Below, piece by piece: positions 40,501 through 54,500 of a stretch of 64,000 nt of DNA (position 1 is the first letter of the stretch; every line of letters begins with the position of its first letter). This DNA is from Monocercomonoides exilis PA203 (lineage: Eukaryota; Protista; Preaxostyla): positions 372,001 to 436,000 of the forward strand of contig LSRY02000005.1 in assembly GCA_001643675.2 (NCBI GenBank), in the 5' to 3' direction. Below the pieces are notes generated by a model, which saw nothing but the letters and a program-made list of their open reading frames with translations, was not told the DNA's origin and made no database searches. The translations under genes and the position numbers were made by a program.

Positions 40501-41353
40501 AGAGAGCATGTGTCCAACCACCTCGTCGATGTCGAATCTGGTAGATGCGATGGCGTGCTCATCGCCACACGAGAAGCTGATTGTGGATCTGAGGGATTCG
40601 CTGTTCATGCTGCTGCATGGGAGGAACAAGACGAAGGAGATGGCGATTGGCACTCTTCAGGAGAGAGAAGTGACAGCTGCCCAAATCCTGTTCTGGGTGG
40701 CTAATCTCGCCCTTCACTCATTTGATGAAATGGAAAATCCACTTCAATCATTGGCCAATCTGAGTCCTCACATTGTGTTGTTCTCTGAGCATATGGTGAT
40801 CTGCATTGTGATGCACTCAGGTTTATTATCAGATGATGACTCAGATTCCTCATCCATCTCTTCATCAACAGTTGCGACATCTGCCAGTGATGATGATGAC
40901 GATGACTCTCTGCCCTCATCGGCATTTGAGGATGAGGATAGCTTCAAAAAAGAGTGTTTGAGGTGGAAGGCACCAGAACTGCTGATCAACAAGAAGATGG
41001 GTGCAACAAAGAAGTCAGTTGCCTTTTCGATTGGGATGATGCTGTGGGAGTGCTTGACGCTGCAGATCCCGTTTGGGGAGTATCCAGCAGAGGTGGCAGG
41101 GCAGAAGATTGTGAATGGAGAAAAGCCAAAGCCAGAGGCTGTTGAAAACTCGTCTTTGAGCAACGCAGTGAGATGCACATTGTGCCAGCAGCCAAACGAT
41201 CGGCCGGCACTCACTGATTTGAAGAAGGAGTTCATCCAGCACTTTCCAGAAGGAGCAATGGTAATGACCATTGCTGATGCAGTTGATTACCAGATGCCAT
41301 CTGAGTGCAACTCGCAGATCCCTGATTCAAGCAGCTCGCTCATATCATTGTGA
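34503..41353 (+). CDS. Large single-pass surface protein with Cys/GG-rich ectodomain and C-terminal TKL-like pseudokinase (about 2255 aa)
   Basis: Signal-like N-terminus. Intron 35487-35569 joins ORFs 34503 and 35600 in frame. GGA/GGG repeats and CG...PC motifs; TM helix YWLLIVIIMAIILLVVLIVAVAFIV; RWKAPELL, SVAFSIGMMLWECLTLQIPF and NDRP. No HRD or DFG. Confidence 0.85.
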
Positions 41354-41960
41354 GTGTGCGAATGGCTTCAACTGCATCTTCTTCAAAAAGCACAAATGGC
41401 GTTTGCCAATGAAAGAGACTCAAACGAGGTTGCAAGATCTTTTCTAATCAGAAAACGGATCCTCTGATAACGGTAATATTTCGATGCTTGTGGAAGTCTC
41501 GGATATGCAATCCATTGCTCTTTCGGAAAGATCGAGCGGAGTTCAATCCAAACTTTGCTGAAGCTGTGTGAATGCTGTTTGAACAAAATGGGAGACATAT
41601 TTTATCAGTTTGTGGCTATTCATTTCAAGCCACTTTCTGAATAACGCTTGTTCCATTTTTTTTTTTTTTTTGCCTTTGAGTTTATTGTCAGGTTTTGCTC
41701 TTGGTTGAGCATGGGTATTTGATAATGTGATTCAATTCTTTTCGTTTTCTTCATTTTTTCTTATTTATTTGTTTGTTTATTTTTGTTTTTAATGAGGATA
41801 ATGAATGGTTTTCTGACCAATCAAAAACATGCTTTTGAGAAAAGTGCTTCCAAGAGTTGTTTTTGCTGTTTTGTCTTTCCTGGTTGCTTGTTTTCATGAT
41901 TTTGGCTCAAAAGAAGAAACAAACAACAATCATTAAACAAGAAAGCGAATAGCAGAACTG

Positions 41961-42021
<61 letters not shown>
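41961..42021 (+). repeat. (GTA)n microsatellite
   Basis: About 20 pure GTA units. Confidence 0.95.
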
Positions 42022-45000
42022 AGAAAGATAATTTAAAATTGTCAACTGAATTATTCTGTTAGTTAGAGTTACTTGATATATCTCAAAACAAAAAATTCCA
42101 TTTCTATTTCTATTTCCTTTTCATTCTTTTCCATTCTTTACACAAAAGTCTTTTATAAATATGTGACACATAGCAAAGCAATCTCACAAGAAGATTATTC
42201 ATTGCAGATCAAAAACATATTTCATCATAATGAACCAACAACTTGATCAATCTTTTTTAACCTTTTTTTTCTCTTCTTTTCTCTTCATACTCTAAAACGT
42301 TAAATTCATATTGGTAAAATAGAAGTTGAATCTCCAGAGTTCTTTCCCCTTTCCCCAGAACTCAATTTTATTCAGAAGAGAAAGCACACTTTTTAAAATG
42401 AACTTTATTCTCATCAATCATATCGTTTATTTCTTCAAATTATTTCCGAAATTAAAATTTCCATTTCAGCAACTCTTCATATTTTCCATTCGAAATTTTA
42501 ACTCCTGGATTATTGATACATGTTCATGAAAGAATAATAATTGAATTCATCTTGTTGTTCCATAAAATGTGTGAATGATAAATTAATTATTTCGAAGAAA
42601 ACAAATAAAGAGATAATGAGAAAGCGAAACTGAAAACTAATATTTTTTTAATATTTAAATTCATAGAGAAAATCGATGTTTTGACAAAAATAAAATAAAT
42701 TTATGGGTTACTGATCAACAGACAAATCAAAATTTTCGGATCGAATGATGTTTTTGTGTGTTGTATGAAAGCCTGGTTGACGGATTGAAAAATTGATGGC
42801 TACGTCAGTCAGTGGAATATTTTCACGTCAATTTGCTCTTTCTCTCTCTCTCTCTCTTGATATTTGAGGCAATAAACACAAATTTTATTGAATAAAAATG
42901 TATGGCTATTTTTTGAAATAATTAAAAATGTATTTCTTTTTTCCATAAAAAAAAAGAAAGAAAATATTATGAACCATAATTCTAATAATACTTATTCAGA
43001 GAAATATCTTTTTGCAATTAAACGCTTGCAGTCAATGATAGCTGATTGGTTTGCATATTGTTGTATTTGCCTATTATCTGTAAATGTTCTTCTTTCATGG
43101 AATCCAGTGGAAATTTTCGAAAATAAACAAAAAGTGGAATATCTTATTAATCTGCATGAATATCAAGTTTATTCTACAAATTCATAAAGAAAGTTCACAG
43201 GATGAAGAAACTTGGAAGTGAAAACAGAGAATCAGATGATGAAACACTTGAAAATCGAAGGCATCATGAATTTCTTTATAAAGGAAAACAAGCATTGACT
43301 AGGGAATAAAAAACAGAAAATTGCTTTAAAAAATGCTTTGAAGGTTTGCTGCAGTTATTTTTTTGGAGTGATTATTATTTTTCATTCAGGATGCTGAAAG
43401 AGAGAAGGAATGGATGGCTTTGAAGAAGAACAAGATAAGCAAGAAAGGGAAAAAAAGACGGACACATGAAATGCAAGATATTTCGAAGATACACTGAATC
43501 GGGCTTTGATGAAGAATTCGTTTTTGAGGAAAGATGTTTTTTTTGTGAAAGAGGGGAAGCGAATATGGAAGAGATGAAATGAAAAAGGGATCGCTCAATC
43601 TTTCGTATTTTTTGTTGGATAGAAAGAAAGTGGATTGAGCTGAATGTTTGATGGATTTGGAGGATATTATTTGCCAGAAGAAAAAGAGACAGAAGAAAAG
43701 AATTTCAATGTATTTTTCCGTTGATGTAAATTGACTCTCATCTTCTCAATCTTCAACAAATAATCATCTCATTCAACACATTCATCATCATCATTGTCTT
43801 CTGGATCTTCTTTAAATATATCATCAACATTTCACACAACTTCTTCTTCTTCTTCTTCTTCTTTTGTTAATTTGACATGTCTGTTTTCAATTGAGTTAAG
43901 GAATTATCTCCGGAATAAATTGAACGGACCCTATCGATGGAATTTATTTTTGGTGATTTTTTTCTGAATTATTTGTAGAAGAAGAAGAAGAAGAAGGAAG
44001 AGGAGAACAAGGAAAAGAAGAAGAATATGAAGCTGGTTGAGAGCTAGCCACCAACTGCGGAATGTGCTTAACAGAGCGAGAAAAAGAGAAATGCTACCAG
44101 GGAGACTCAAACGAGATAGGATGAACTTCATCCATGCCACATGACTCAGAAAACCACTTCGTATCTCTTTCAACTACCTTCGGTGTTCTGCAGCTTGTTA
44201 TTTTAACATGGAACAATGAATGACTTTTATGCTTATGTGAGTGTCTGCCTCATTGTTACTTGCACAATCTTCACAATACTTTCAAATGGCAAATGAATGT
44301 TCGACCTCTTCTTCTCCTTCTCCTTCTTATTCTCTCTCTGCATCGTCCATCCCAGCTTCCACTTCTCCGCTTCAATTTCTTAATTATTCATTCTCTCTCT
44401 CAGCTGAATGTGTTCAAACGGATTAAAACCACAACAGAATACAAGTGCGCAAAGGGCAAAAAGCAACAGGAAAGCAAGCAACTAAAGAATTTGGCAGAGA
44501 AAATTACACATACGAAGAGGAATACGAAGAAAAAGGGAAAGAGGAAGTGGAAGAGCTGGTTGTTTGAGTGAAACATCACGAAAGAGAAGGAGATGAGCAC
44601 GAGGTGATCCAACAACCGACGAATAGGATGAAAATGTTACTGGAGATGGGGAATAATAATAGGAGAAAGAAGGTGATAGATCTGAAATAGCAGGAGAAGA
44701 GAAAGAAGAAGACATTCAAAAGTGCAAAGAGGCAGAGAAAAGAGGATAAGATCCATTATAATTCATGTTTTTGAACAATCTCATAAATTGAAGTGGAAGC
44801 ATTGAAGAAGAGAGAAGAGCCACGGCTTGACAGATCAGGTGCTGCATTTGGAGAGTGAAGCGAGGTTGATACAAAAGGCAGCTGAAACGCACTGCTTTGG
44901 AATTCGACTGATGAATTGAGATGAAACGAAGAAAAGGAAAAAGATGAAGTTGACTATGACAATGATGGCAATGACGATTTATCGCTAGAGTCATTCTGTT

Positions 45001-45767
45001 GTTTCATTTCGTTTTTTTCTCCAACACTTCCTTCTTCATCTGTTGTGGTGCTTTCATCCGTTCCAATGGGAATGATGATTGATGTGATGAGTGCTGCCCT
45101 CAAAAGCGACAGGTCGTCTCTGCCGAGGCAGAAGCAGTCGTCGATGGAGAACAACACGGCATCTCTAAGCTGGTTGTCAGAAACAAGATGGATGACTGGC
45201 TGTGGGATGAGGGAAAATATAGCAACGATCTGTGGAGTGAGTGTGGGAAAGGACTATAGCTCCGTTGGGAAAGAAGTGAGTGAAAAAGAAGAAGATGGCG
45301 AAGATGGAAAAGAAGCTGCAATAGAAGAGGAAATATCAGTGAAGCGTTAAAATAAAATTGAAAAATCAGCAAGCAATAATGGAATTCAGAAGGCATAGAG
45401 AGATGCACAAAGCTGTTGAGAATACAGAATGCATGACAAAGAAGATATGTTGAAAGCTATTAAAGCACTTCGAACATTATCATAGAAAAGAAGTGAGATT
45501 TAATTGAAAAGAGCAAGAAACGCAACACATATTCTCCTTCTCGTTTACTTCCATCACGAATATTGCTTTCAGTTTCCTCATTCAGATGTTCTTCTTTTTT
45601 TTGCTCATTGATATTAACGCTTCACAAGAACTATTAGAAAATATGCTGTATATTCATGAAAATATTGATTGATATTTTTGTGAAAATCAAAAAAGAAAAC
45701 AGATGATTTATTGTTTTTTTTAAATTTATTGAAAGTGTTGTGAAATGTAAATACTTTTGCAAAAAGG

Positions 45768-48368
45768 CTAAATTGTTAAAAGAGCATTTAGAGCTTCTAA
45801 TGATAGGGAATGCCTTCTGTCACCAGAGATCATTTTCATCCTTGAAAAGATACGTTCGCAGCTTGCTTCGCTGCATGGAGACGAAACGAATGAATAACAG
45901 ATGTTTGAGTATATTGTTTGAATAGGTCCTTTCTTCGTGATCTCTGCATAGAACTTTTGTGTATCGTCTTCAAATATGAAGCTTGGTGCTTCATTCAAAT
46001 ATTCCAGAAACAGTTTGAAACATAAATCCCTGATCTCCTTCGATTGATTTGATAAAACTGTTGTCACGTATCTTTCAAAACTTTGTCTAATTCGTGTATC
46101 CCAGCAAGATGATATGGAACACACCACTTGATCACAAACTTATTTCTCTTTTTCTGGTTCCAGACGGGAAATAAAACTAATCTTCTGGTTAGAAAACAGC
46201 ACCTCCACATCATCAGTGCCATATTCTATTTCATCTGTTCCGTCTTCCATTGAATCTTCAAGTGAGTCATGAGAATTATCTTCGAAAACAAGCGTTTGAG
46301 AAGATGTCAAGCATGTTGAAGAAAAACTTTCAGAAGAAGAAGAGCAGGAGGAAGCAGTTGAATGAATTAAAGAAGACTCATTCATGGTTTCATCTGTTTT
46401 CTTTTCGCTTTGTTTGAAGGGTACGGTCATTATAAATTCATCATCTTCTGAATAATCTTCAGCCATGCATAAGCCAAAAAAGTCCTCTTCACTAGACTCT
46501 GTTTCACTTTCGTCACTTTTGCTTTCCTTTCTTGAAGCTTCTACGTTTTCAAATTCTGAACGCTTGAAATTTGAAACCATGATGATCATGCTGCGAATTT
46601 CTTCTATAATCTCTTTTGAATGATAACCTTCATCTTCCTCAATGCCATTTCTTATCAGCTTTGTCATGGGAACACAGTTGTCCTTTATTTTATGGAGTTT
46701 GTATGATACGCAGTTTAATGCTTCAAAAAAACAGTCATTTGTTAAAGAATAACAAACTGATTGATGTGGTTGTCCTGTAAGAGTTTGAAATGAAGGATTT
46801 GAAGCGCAAATGATAGGTGAACGTGTGAATGATGAATATTCCGAAGCTGAAGAGGATTGTTAAAATGAGATTAATTGCTTTGGCTCTGAATTCAACGGTG
46901 TGCAAGAAATAGATTTTTCTGCTTCAAAAAAAGAAATTGAAAATTTATTTCGAATGATATTTTGAAGTCCTGTTGGAGACAACACATAAGATAACGTTAT
47001 AAATTCACCAGTGTTCCCGGTTAACATGTAATTATGGAATATTATAATAAAATTAACGAAAACATTTTTCCATTCTGTTTCTTTAATAAATGAAAGATTT
47101 TTGATTCCATATAGCAAACCGAATGCATTCAGCACCTTTGGAAAGACATTTCCCATCTTTGTTCTTTCATTTTCCATTTCTAAATGTAATCTTTGAATTG
47201 GAAAAAGGAGAAGTTCTGCGATCATTATGTTTCTTATTTGATCGAATAGTAATAATTTTTCGAAAAATATCTTTTCTCTGTTTTTTCTAATAAAGCAACA
47301 AATAGAATACAAGCACAGCCATCTCGTTTGAATAAATGTTGGACATTTCCGTTTTAAGGATTTTTTCACAGAAGAAGTGCGGGCATTTTTTGCAAATTCT
47401 GTAATAATAGTTTACTGGTTCTTCAGATAAAAGATTTCAGAAAACGCGTGAACAACAACCAAATTCAGCAAATGATTCATGCAGTGAATGAAAAATGGAG
47501 CAGCCTTTAAATTTTCAATTAGTAACTTTTCATTATCTTCCATTGGAATTGTAATATTTTCAATTGCTTTTTTTTGCGGACTTAAGCCATCCGAACAAAA
47601 ACAGCGAACATGCGCATTGATTACTTCCAGTTCCCGAATTACTGTCCAAGCTAGTTTTCTGTACTGCTTTGCATTGTTGCAGCATGGATATGCTTTCCAA
47701 AACACTGATGATGCATTTGGTACCAATGGAGCTATCGTAACAACTGTGCACTTCTGATTTCCCACAACACCTGAATCCATCATAACGCACACGCCCATTC
47801 CCCTCAGTGCTGCGTCACGCTTCTGTTTTGCAAACTCGCTGTCCTCAATGACCATTCTTCGTATTTTCTTTCTTGTTAGGAATGGGAAAATGTTTGACGG
47901 AGACAGTCCTGGATTCATTTGAGATAAATGAATTAAGGCTGTGATAAAATTATTAAATACTTCAGAAGACGCTGATAAGAAAGATATGTTGCAATGGCTT
48001 ATTATTTTCGCAAATAAAGTCTGTAAATTGGTGGATGTGCTCTGAATCAGTGTTCTTTCTTTGCTCTCCCTAATGCGATCGATTTTTTGAAGAGCTTTCT
48101 GCTCTTTGAAAGAAAACATGATACGATTTTCCAATAATAATCAACGATGATTTCTTATTGCAACGTAACTCCTACGACCACTTGTTCCACATATTTGATT
48201 TCCCCGAACATTTGGGCATAAATATTGTTTATGATATTCTTTTGTTGGAGAGCCATCAATGTTTGAAGGAAAAAATGATATCCATATTTGATTATTGATG
48301 ACCTCTAAAGATATTCTGGTTGAATATTAATTGTTTTTCTTAGGGTGCTTGTGAACTTTTTTTTCATA
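45768..48368 (-). pseudogene. hAT-superfamily transposase pseudogene
   Basis: VMMDSG (D1), FCSDG (D2), CMNHLLNL (CxxH), TRW, and the C-terminal dimerisation motif SPCSEASCERIFSRMK...RRHSL. Degenerate N-terminal zinc-finger-like region; several in-frame stops. Confidence 0.88.
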
Positions 48369-49056
48369 ATAAAAGCAAAAAAATATTAAAAATTAAGTAA
48401 CATCAAACTTGCTCCTTTTTCATATGATCCCACTTGCTCCAGTTTTAGAAAACAACATCCGTGATTGTTCAATTCTTCCATTTTTCTTGCAAAAGCCAGT
48501 TTCTGATAAAGCGACACAAAAAATCAAGCTTCAATTATCAAAACAAAAGAAGCAAGAAATAAAACTCACAAACTATTTGATTATCCACCAAGGCATTCTG
48601 AAATTCACTTAAAAGATTTTCACATTCACGCATGTTGGGCGTTGACAAAAATATTTGTCAAAGTCAAAAAAAAGATCGACCAGTCTGTGACTTGGGCAAT
48701 TTCCAAAAAACTGATCCGGTCAAAACCCATAAACGGATGCTTTTTTTCTCAAATGAAAATTATTGATCATAATAAATTCTATAATAATTCTTTAGCTTTT
48801 TATCTTGATTTTTTTTTCATTTTGAAATAATAAAGTACATGAAAAATGAACTATTAAACTTATGAATTTTAAAAATAAAATTTTACTGTATTTTGACTTC
48901 AATCATTTTCAAAGTCAGTCAATAGCATATTTTCAAAAGTCAAAAGTCTGAAGTCACCCAGGGTTAGTTGAATGTCTAATATCAAATTGTTATTATGAAA
49001 TGATTCCAATTCACATTTCTCAATATCATGATATTTCCCGTAATTTTTTTGGGATA

Positions 49057-49433
49057 CAGTTTGTGCAAAAAATACAGGACATCGCAAAAAATACCGGACA
49101 GGATCGATATCTCAATAACCGCAAGAGAATTAATTCTGACATTTTTCTTCAAAATATATCTCATCAATGCAAACTCAATACATGCATGAGACTTACAAAA
49201 AGACTTCATTTGTACTCAGAAATAATTATTATTTGATTCTTGGAGAAATAAAATTTTGAGTTTCTCCGAGATTTTTAAAATAAATTTTTCTGAGCGCAAA
49301 TGCGGCTATTTTGAAAGTTTTGAATATCAATTGAGTTTGTATCAACGAGATATATTTTGAAGAAAATAGTCAGAATTATTCCTCTTGCAGTTATTGTGAA
49401 ATCGATCTTGTCCGGCATTTTTTGAACAAACTG
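49057..49433. mobile_element. Tc1/mariner-type MITE with TIRs over 100 bp and TA TSD
   Basis: TA|CAGTTTGTGCAAAAAAT ... TTTTTTGAACAAACTG|TA. Arms at about 49057-49180 and 49330-49433 are near reverse complements. Confidence 0.85.
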
Positions 49434-49655
49434 TATTTGAAGTTTCTAGCTGTGGAAAGAATGATTTTGATAAACTTTTGTAGAGAGAAACAATACACCA
49501 CAATCCAAAACCTATATTTTCAAGCAGGAAATCACTAATTATTCATTTGCAAGAAAGAATTATCATCTCAAACCTCCCGGTTTCTGAGAAATAACTATTT
49601 TTTATTTTGGGAAAAAATCTCCTTTTTATGGGATGGATTAAATTTGATTGCATTG

Positions 49656-50674
49656 ATGTCTCACATTCCTGATCGCAAATCTTATATTTTTCAAAAAATA
49701 AAACTTTTCCAAGATAATAAAGCAACGTGGAATTGGTTAACGAGATATATGCCATTTGCAGTGTTCAGAAAATGCTTTCAGTGCAGGAAAAATCACTCCA
49801 TAGAAGCTCGAGATAATTGCAGAAATTACTGGTGTAACAAATGTGGAAAATATTGCTCATTGTTAGGATTGAATCCTTTGAAAAATTCAAAAACATCTTT
49901 TGAGAAAATAATGATGATATTTCTGTGTTTCTAAATCAACATAGATATATTTCAATGCAGCTTGCTCACTGATGTTTCAAGACAAACTGTTGGGGGTTTT
50001 TATTCCATTGGAAGAGCATGTATGGCTGATTACGGTTCAACATCTTTTTGAAAGCTTGGTTGACCTGGAATAATTGTTGAAACAGATGAAGCAATTCTGC
50101 GAAAAAGAAAGTTTTGAAAAGGAAGAAGAAAGAAATGGATACGGTTATTCGGAATGATAGAAAGAAAACATGATGGAAAGAAAGGGAAATGTTTGATTGT
50201 GAGAGTGAAAAACAGAAAAAAAGAGACATTAATTTCATTTATCGAAGATTACACAATTCCAGGATCAACAATTTACTCAGACAAGTGGAAAGCCTACAGC
50301 TCATTGTCATCTTTAGGTTATGATCATCACACTGTTTGTCACACAAACAATTTCGTAGATCCAGAAAGTGGCATTTGCACATATTTGATTGAAAGCACTT
50401 GGTCATGCTTTCGAAAATCTCTTCCAAGAAATGGAATCAAAGAAAAATACATTGATAACTTTGTGACTAGCTTTGTTGGAAAAAGATCAGAAACACTTGA
50501 ATTTGAAGATATCATTCAATAATTACTCGTTCATAAGCTCTAAAATGTTGAAAAAGAAATTGATGAAACCCAAAAAAATGAAACAGAAGAATCTGTTGAA
50601 AGTGATGTGCCGGTTTATAATGAAAATGAAGAAGAAACTGAAGCAAATTCTGATTATTTGTCTAAATTTTTTTG
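49656..50674 (+). pseudogene. Merlin/IS1595-family transposase pseudogene
   Basis: N-terminal CxxC..CxxC; IVETDE; FGMIER; ETLISFIEDYTIPGSTIYSDKWKAYSSL..GYDHHTVCH..NFVDPESG...IESTW. Several in-frame stops. Confidence 0.9.
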
Positions 50675-51569
50675 AAAAGTTCCTTTTGTTGAATTTTCAA
50701 ATATTATAAAAATTTCAAAAATCTATCAAGTTTCTGTTCACATTCACGAAACAACACTCAAATGGAAACAATAACATTGTCATGTTTTTATTTCAATGAC
50801 AACAAAATTTGGCAAGTGTGATATAAATTTTTAACGAAATATGAATTTTTATTTTATTTGAAAATTAAACAAAAGGAGCTTTTCAAAAAAATATAGACAT
50901 ATAGGAGCGTGTGATGGAGCAGATGCATCCGAGTATGAATTGTGACAAATTTTTTTTTTTCATTCGCATTTTGAACAAAAAAATATATTTTCAAAAAAAA
51001 TTCATTTTTGTTTTTCTTCAAAACCAGGAGTTGGCAGTTACCGAAAATGTTATTAAACAACGAATATTAACATGTGGAACACAATTATAATGAATTTGGG
51101 TTGCGGCGTATTGAAACCTTCTGCCTATGCTTCTTGTGGATGTTGTTTTTGTATAAATAAGTGGATGTTTTAATCAGATTTCTTTCAGAATGCATCTTCC
51201 TGCCGAAAAAAATACATCAAGGAAATTAATTAATGAGAGGAATAAAAAAGCTTCAAAAAGTTGGAATGAAGCTGATTGAAATTCAGAAAAATAATCAACA
51301 TTTCATTGACAAGCAAATCCCCCTCTCTATTCAAATCACAAAATAATGATTGAAATGAAAATTGTTTATCTCATTGGCTTTTTGCAATCCGCACTCACCT
51401 TAACATTGTTTCATTTCTGCTTCAATAAGCTGGTCTGAGTAGGGTCATCTTTTTTGTTGGAACTTTTTTCTTTATTGGCACTTTTTTTTAAATAAAAATT
51501 AATCTGACCCAGAAATGATATTTTAAAATATATTTTTGGTATATATACAAATGTGATATATTCTAATAT

Positions 51570-54500
51570 GGGTCATTATTTTTCATATCGTAACTTTGTT
51601 CGAAGAAAGATCTTTTTTTAAATAATTGTGGTATAAAGAGAAAAAGTCAAAAATACATGTTTATAATTAAATAGAAAAAGAATTGTGAATGAATTTTTGA
51701 AAACCAAGTCACTTTGAGAAAAACTTATAAATTCCATTATAACATTTAATTTTTGAGTTATTTATTTTATTTGAATTATTTGATATCACAACATCGAACA
51801 AGTCCAATTATCTATTATTGAAGATTACAATTTGAGTATGATTATATTATATTAATTTTTTACTGCTTTTTATTAACTATCATCAAAAAATACAAAAATA
51901 ATTGTTTTATGAAATTTAGAAATGAATTTGTGAGATTTATAATTTTTGTGGTTATTTTTTTTATGACATTATAAATGTTATTAATGACGTATTTATATTT
52001 TGATGATTTGAGATATTCGAAAGAAGCATTGAAGATTTTTTTTAAATAAAAAGGAAAAATGAAGCTTACGAACTATTTGATGTTATGTTAGTTGTTTGGT
52101 CAAATGTATAAACAAAGAAGAAAAATTCTGAAGGTAATCAGCAATTAGATATATGTGTAATTTTACATATTCATTCATTTATTTGGTTGTTTAAATATTT
52201 GTTGATTTAAATATTTGTTTGTTTTGTTAGCATCTTTCGAGAAATGTGAAGCAGAAATGAAAGAAACAGAGACTGAAAACATTTAAGCACTAGCCTGGGA
52301 AAGAAAGGGATGCAGATGAAAAGGGAAAGCTGTATTATAAATGGAGAAGGAGGCAAAGTCGAAGGGGATTCTTGGGTGAATGATGAAGACGCCGACAGGT
52401 GCTTTGAGGCGTTGCAGCGGTAGGAAGATGAACGAAAATGGAAAAGCAGGAATGGGTTGTGTGAGAGAGCTATGGAAAGGAGGAGCTTTGGAAGGATGGC
52501 TACAAAGGAATGGAGGTGCTACTTAGCACTTGGGCTCAATTTCGAAAAGACAAAACAGGTGATGCCACCACATTCGTTGATGCCTTTAACTTCATCGCAA
52601 CCATATTCTTTCTTTTTATCTTCTTCGTTTTCTTCTTCTTTTTCGTCGTCATCGTCGTCATCACCTTCGCCTTCTTCTTCTTCTTCTTCTCTGGTTTGTT
52701 TTTAAAGAATTCAGCTGCAGCAGACTCCGCACAGCTATTGAACTCTCAGCAAATCGAGTGCAACTGTACATCATCTCATCTCATCTCTCTCTTCTCTTCT
52801 CTTCTCTTCTCTTCTCCTCTACCACACCGACGCCACACCGACGACACAGTCACATCCATCAGGTGGTGTCTGAAGAACACGGGCAGCTCCTCTTTGCCAA
52901 GCGATGGCAGCACAGCAGCAGCGGTGGAGGTGGCAGATTGTGCATGGGGTAGCTGTGGGGCGCTTTCCGCAGGGGCGACTGGCCTGGTATCTCCGACTGG
53001 ATGTTCGCCGCCTCCGCTTCTGCATCTCTTGTCAGGATAGCCTCGCGCAGCTGGTCATTGCCCTCCATCTTGTTGGCAGATGGATTATCGGGCTGTGTGT
53101 TGGAGGCACAGCCATTTTGTTTGGTGTGTCTTCAAAGGGCGAGAGGACTTTCAGGAGAAGACTGCTGCGATGTGAGAAACCATTCACCAGAGAAGCGATG
53201 GAGCAGAGGAGTTGAGAGGAAGAGCTGTGCGGAGGATGAGAAGGGAAAGAGGAGTGGAAGAAAAATTTGGAAGAGAGCGAGAAAGATGAATAAAAGGAGA
53301 GGGGTGTTGTTTTCGGAGAATTTTGTGAGGTGGATGGAGGAGGACAACAGCAATGACAAGAAACTGAGAGCAGCCACCATTCTGGAATTGTGAGGGGAAA
53401 GGGAGGGCGATGGTGAAGAAAAGGCAGAGGAATGAGCAGTGGATGACAGGGTGTGGTGATTTGGATGGAAGGATCAGGCACAACATTTGGGAATGAGATT
53501 TTGTGAGGAGTTTTTTAAGTGAGATGAGGAAATGGGATGTTTTGGGGGATGTTCAAGATCTTATGAAATATGATTGAATTGCGAAAAGTATTGTTTGTCA
53601 CATTATTTATTAGCCTTCTTCAATATGAACTTCCTCATCTTCCTCATCTTCCTCATTTTCTTCTTCTCCATCATCATCATTTTCTTCTTCTTTATCATCA
53701 TCATCTTCCTCATCTTTTTCATCTTCATTATCTCCATTATCACCATCATGTTTTCGTTTGCACCACTCCAACAAATGAAAGTGTTTTTATGTGAAATCTT
53801 CTTGTTGGTTATTATCATTTTTGCCTTCATGGCCTTCGACAAGTCTGAGTTCTCCTCTAATTCGTCTGCTTCATCATCTTTATCTTCATCTTCAATATTT
53901 TTAAGAATAGGGTTTGTGGATGTTATTTGAGAAGAAGCAGAACAAGAAGTTGGACTTTGACTGATTTTTTTATGAGGAAATTAGGTAAATGAAGAAGGGG
54001 TATATGGGTTTTGTTAGCAGAAAGGAACGATGTTTGGAGGAGGAGAAGAAAATTTTCCAAGATAATTCGTATTAAAGTCACAGGTTTGCATTTTTTTAAA
54101 AATAATTTTTATCATATGTTATTTTTTATTTATAAAATAAGGATTTTTACAAGAATGTTCAACGACAACGAATGAACAAGGAACATGGAAAGAGAGGATA
54201 TAAAATGCATTAAAGAAATCAGAAAACAACAATTGAAGGGGTGCATGGAGGAGTAAGGGGGCGTGAAATATAAATGAAATAAAAAGAAGATATTTTTCTT
54301 TCTTTTTTTGAAGGCTTTGGAAGACATATAGGACGAATCTTGTTAAAAGCCGAAAATGAGATCAAGGAATTGATGATACAGCAGAAGAAGAAATTTGGTA
54401 AATGATTGAGAAGAAAAAGATATATTTTTGGAAGTTAGATAATGAAAAATAAGTTGATGAGTTAATAAGTCAGAAAACAAGGCAGTTGAAACGGCAATGG

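Noticed and set aside
43200-45500. Coding-like fragments between AT-rich stretches, possibly another cargo element
   Set aside because: No convincing terminal inverted repeat pair or recognisable domain found.
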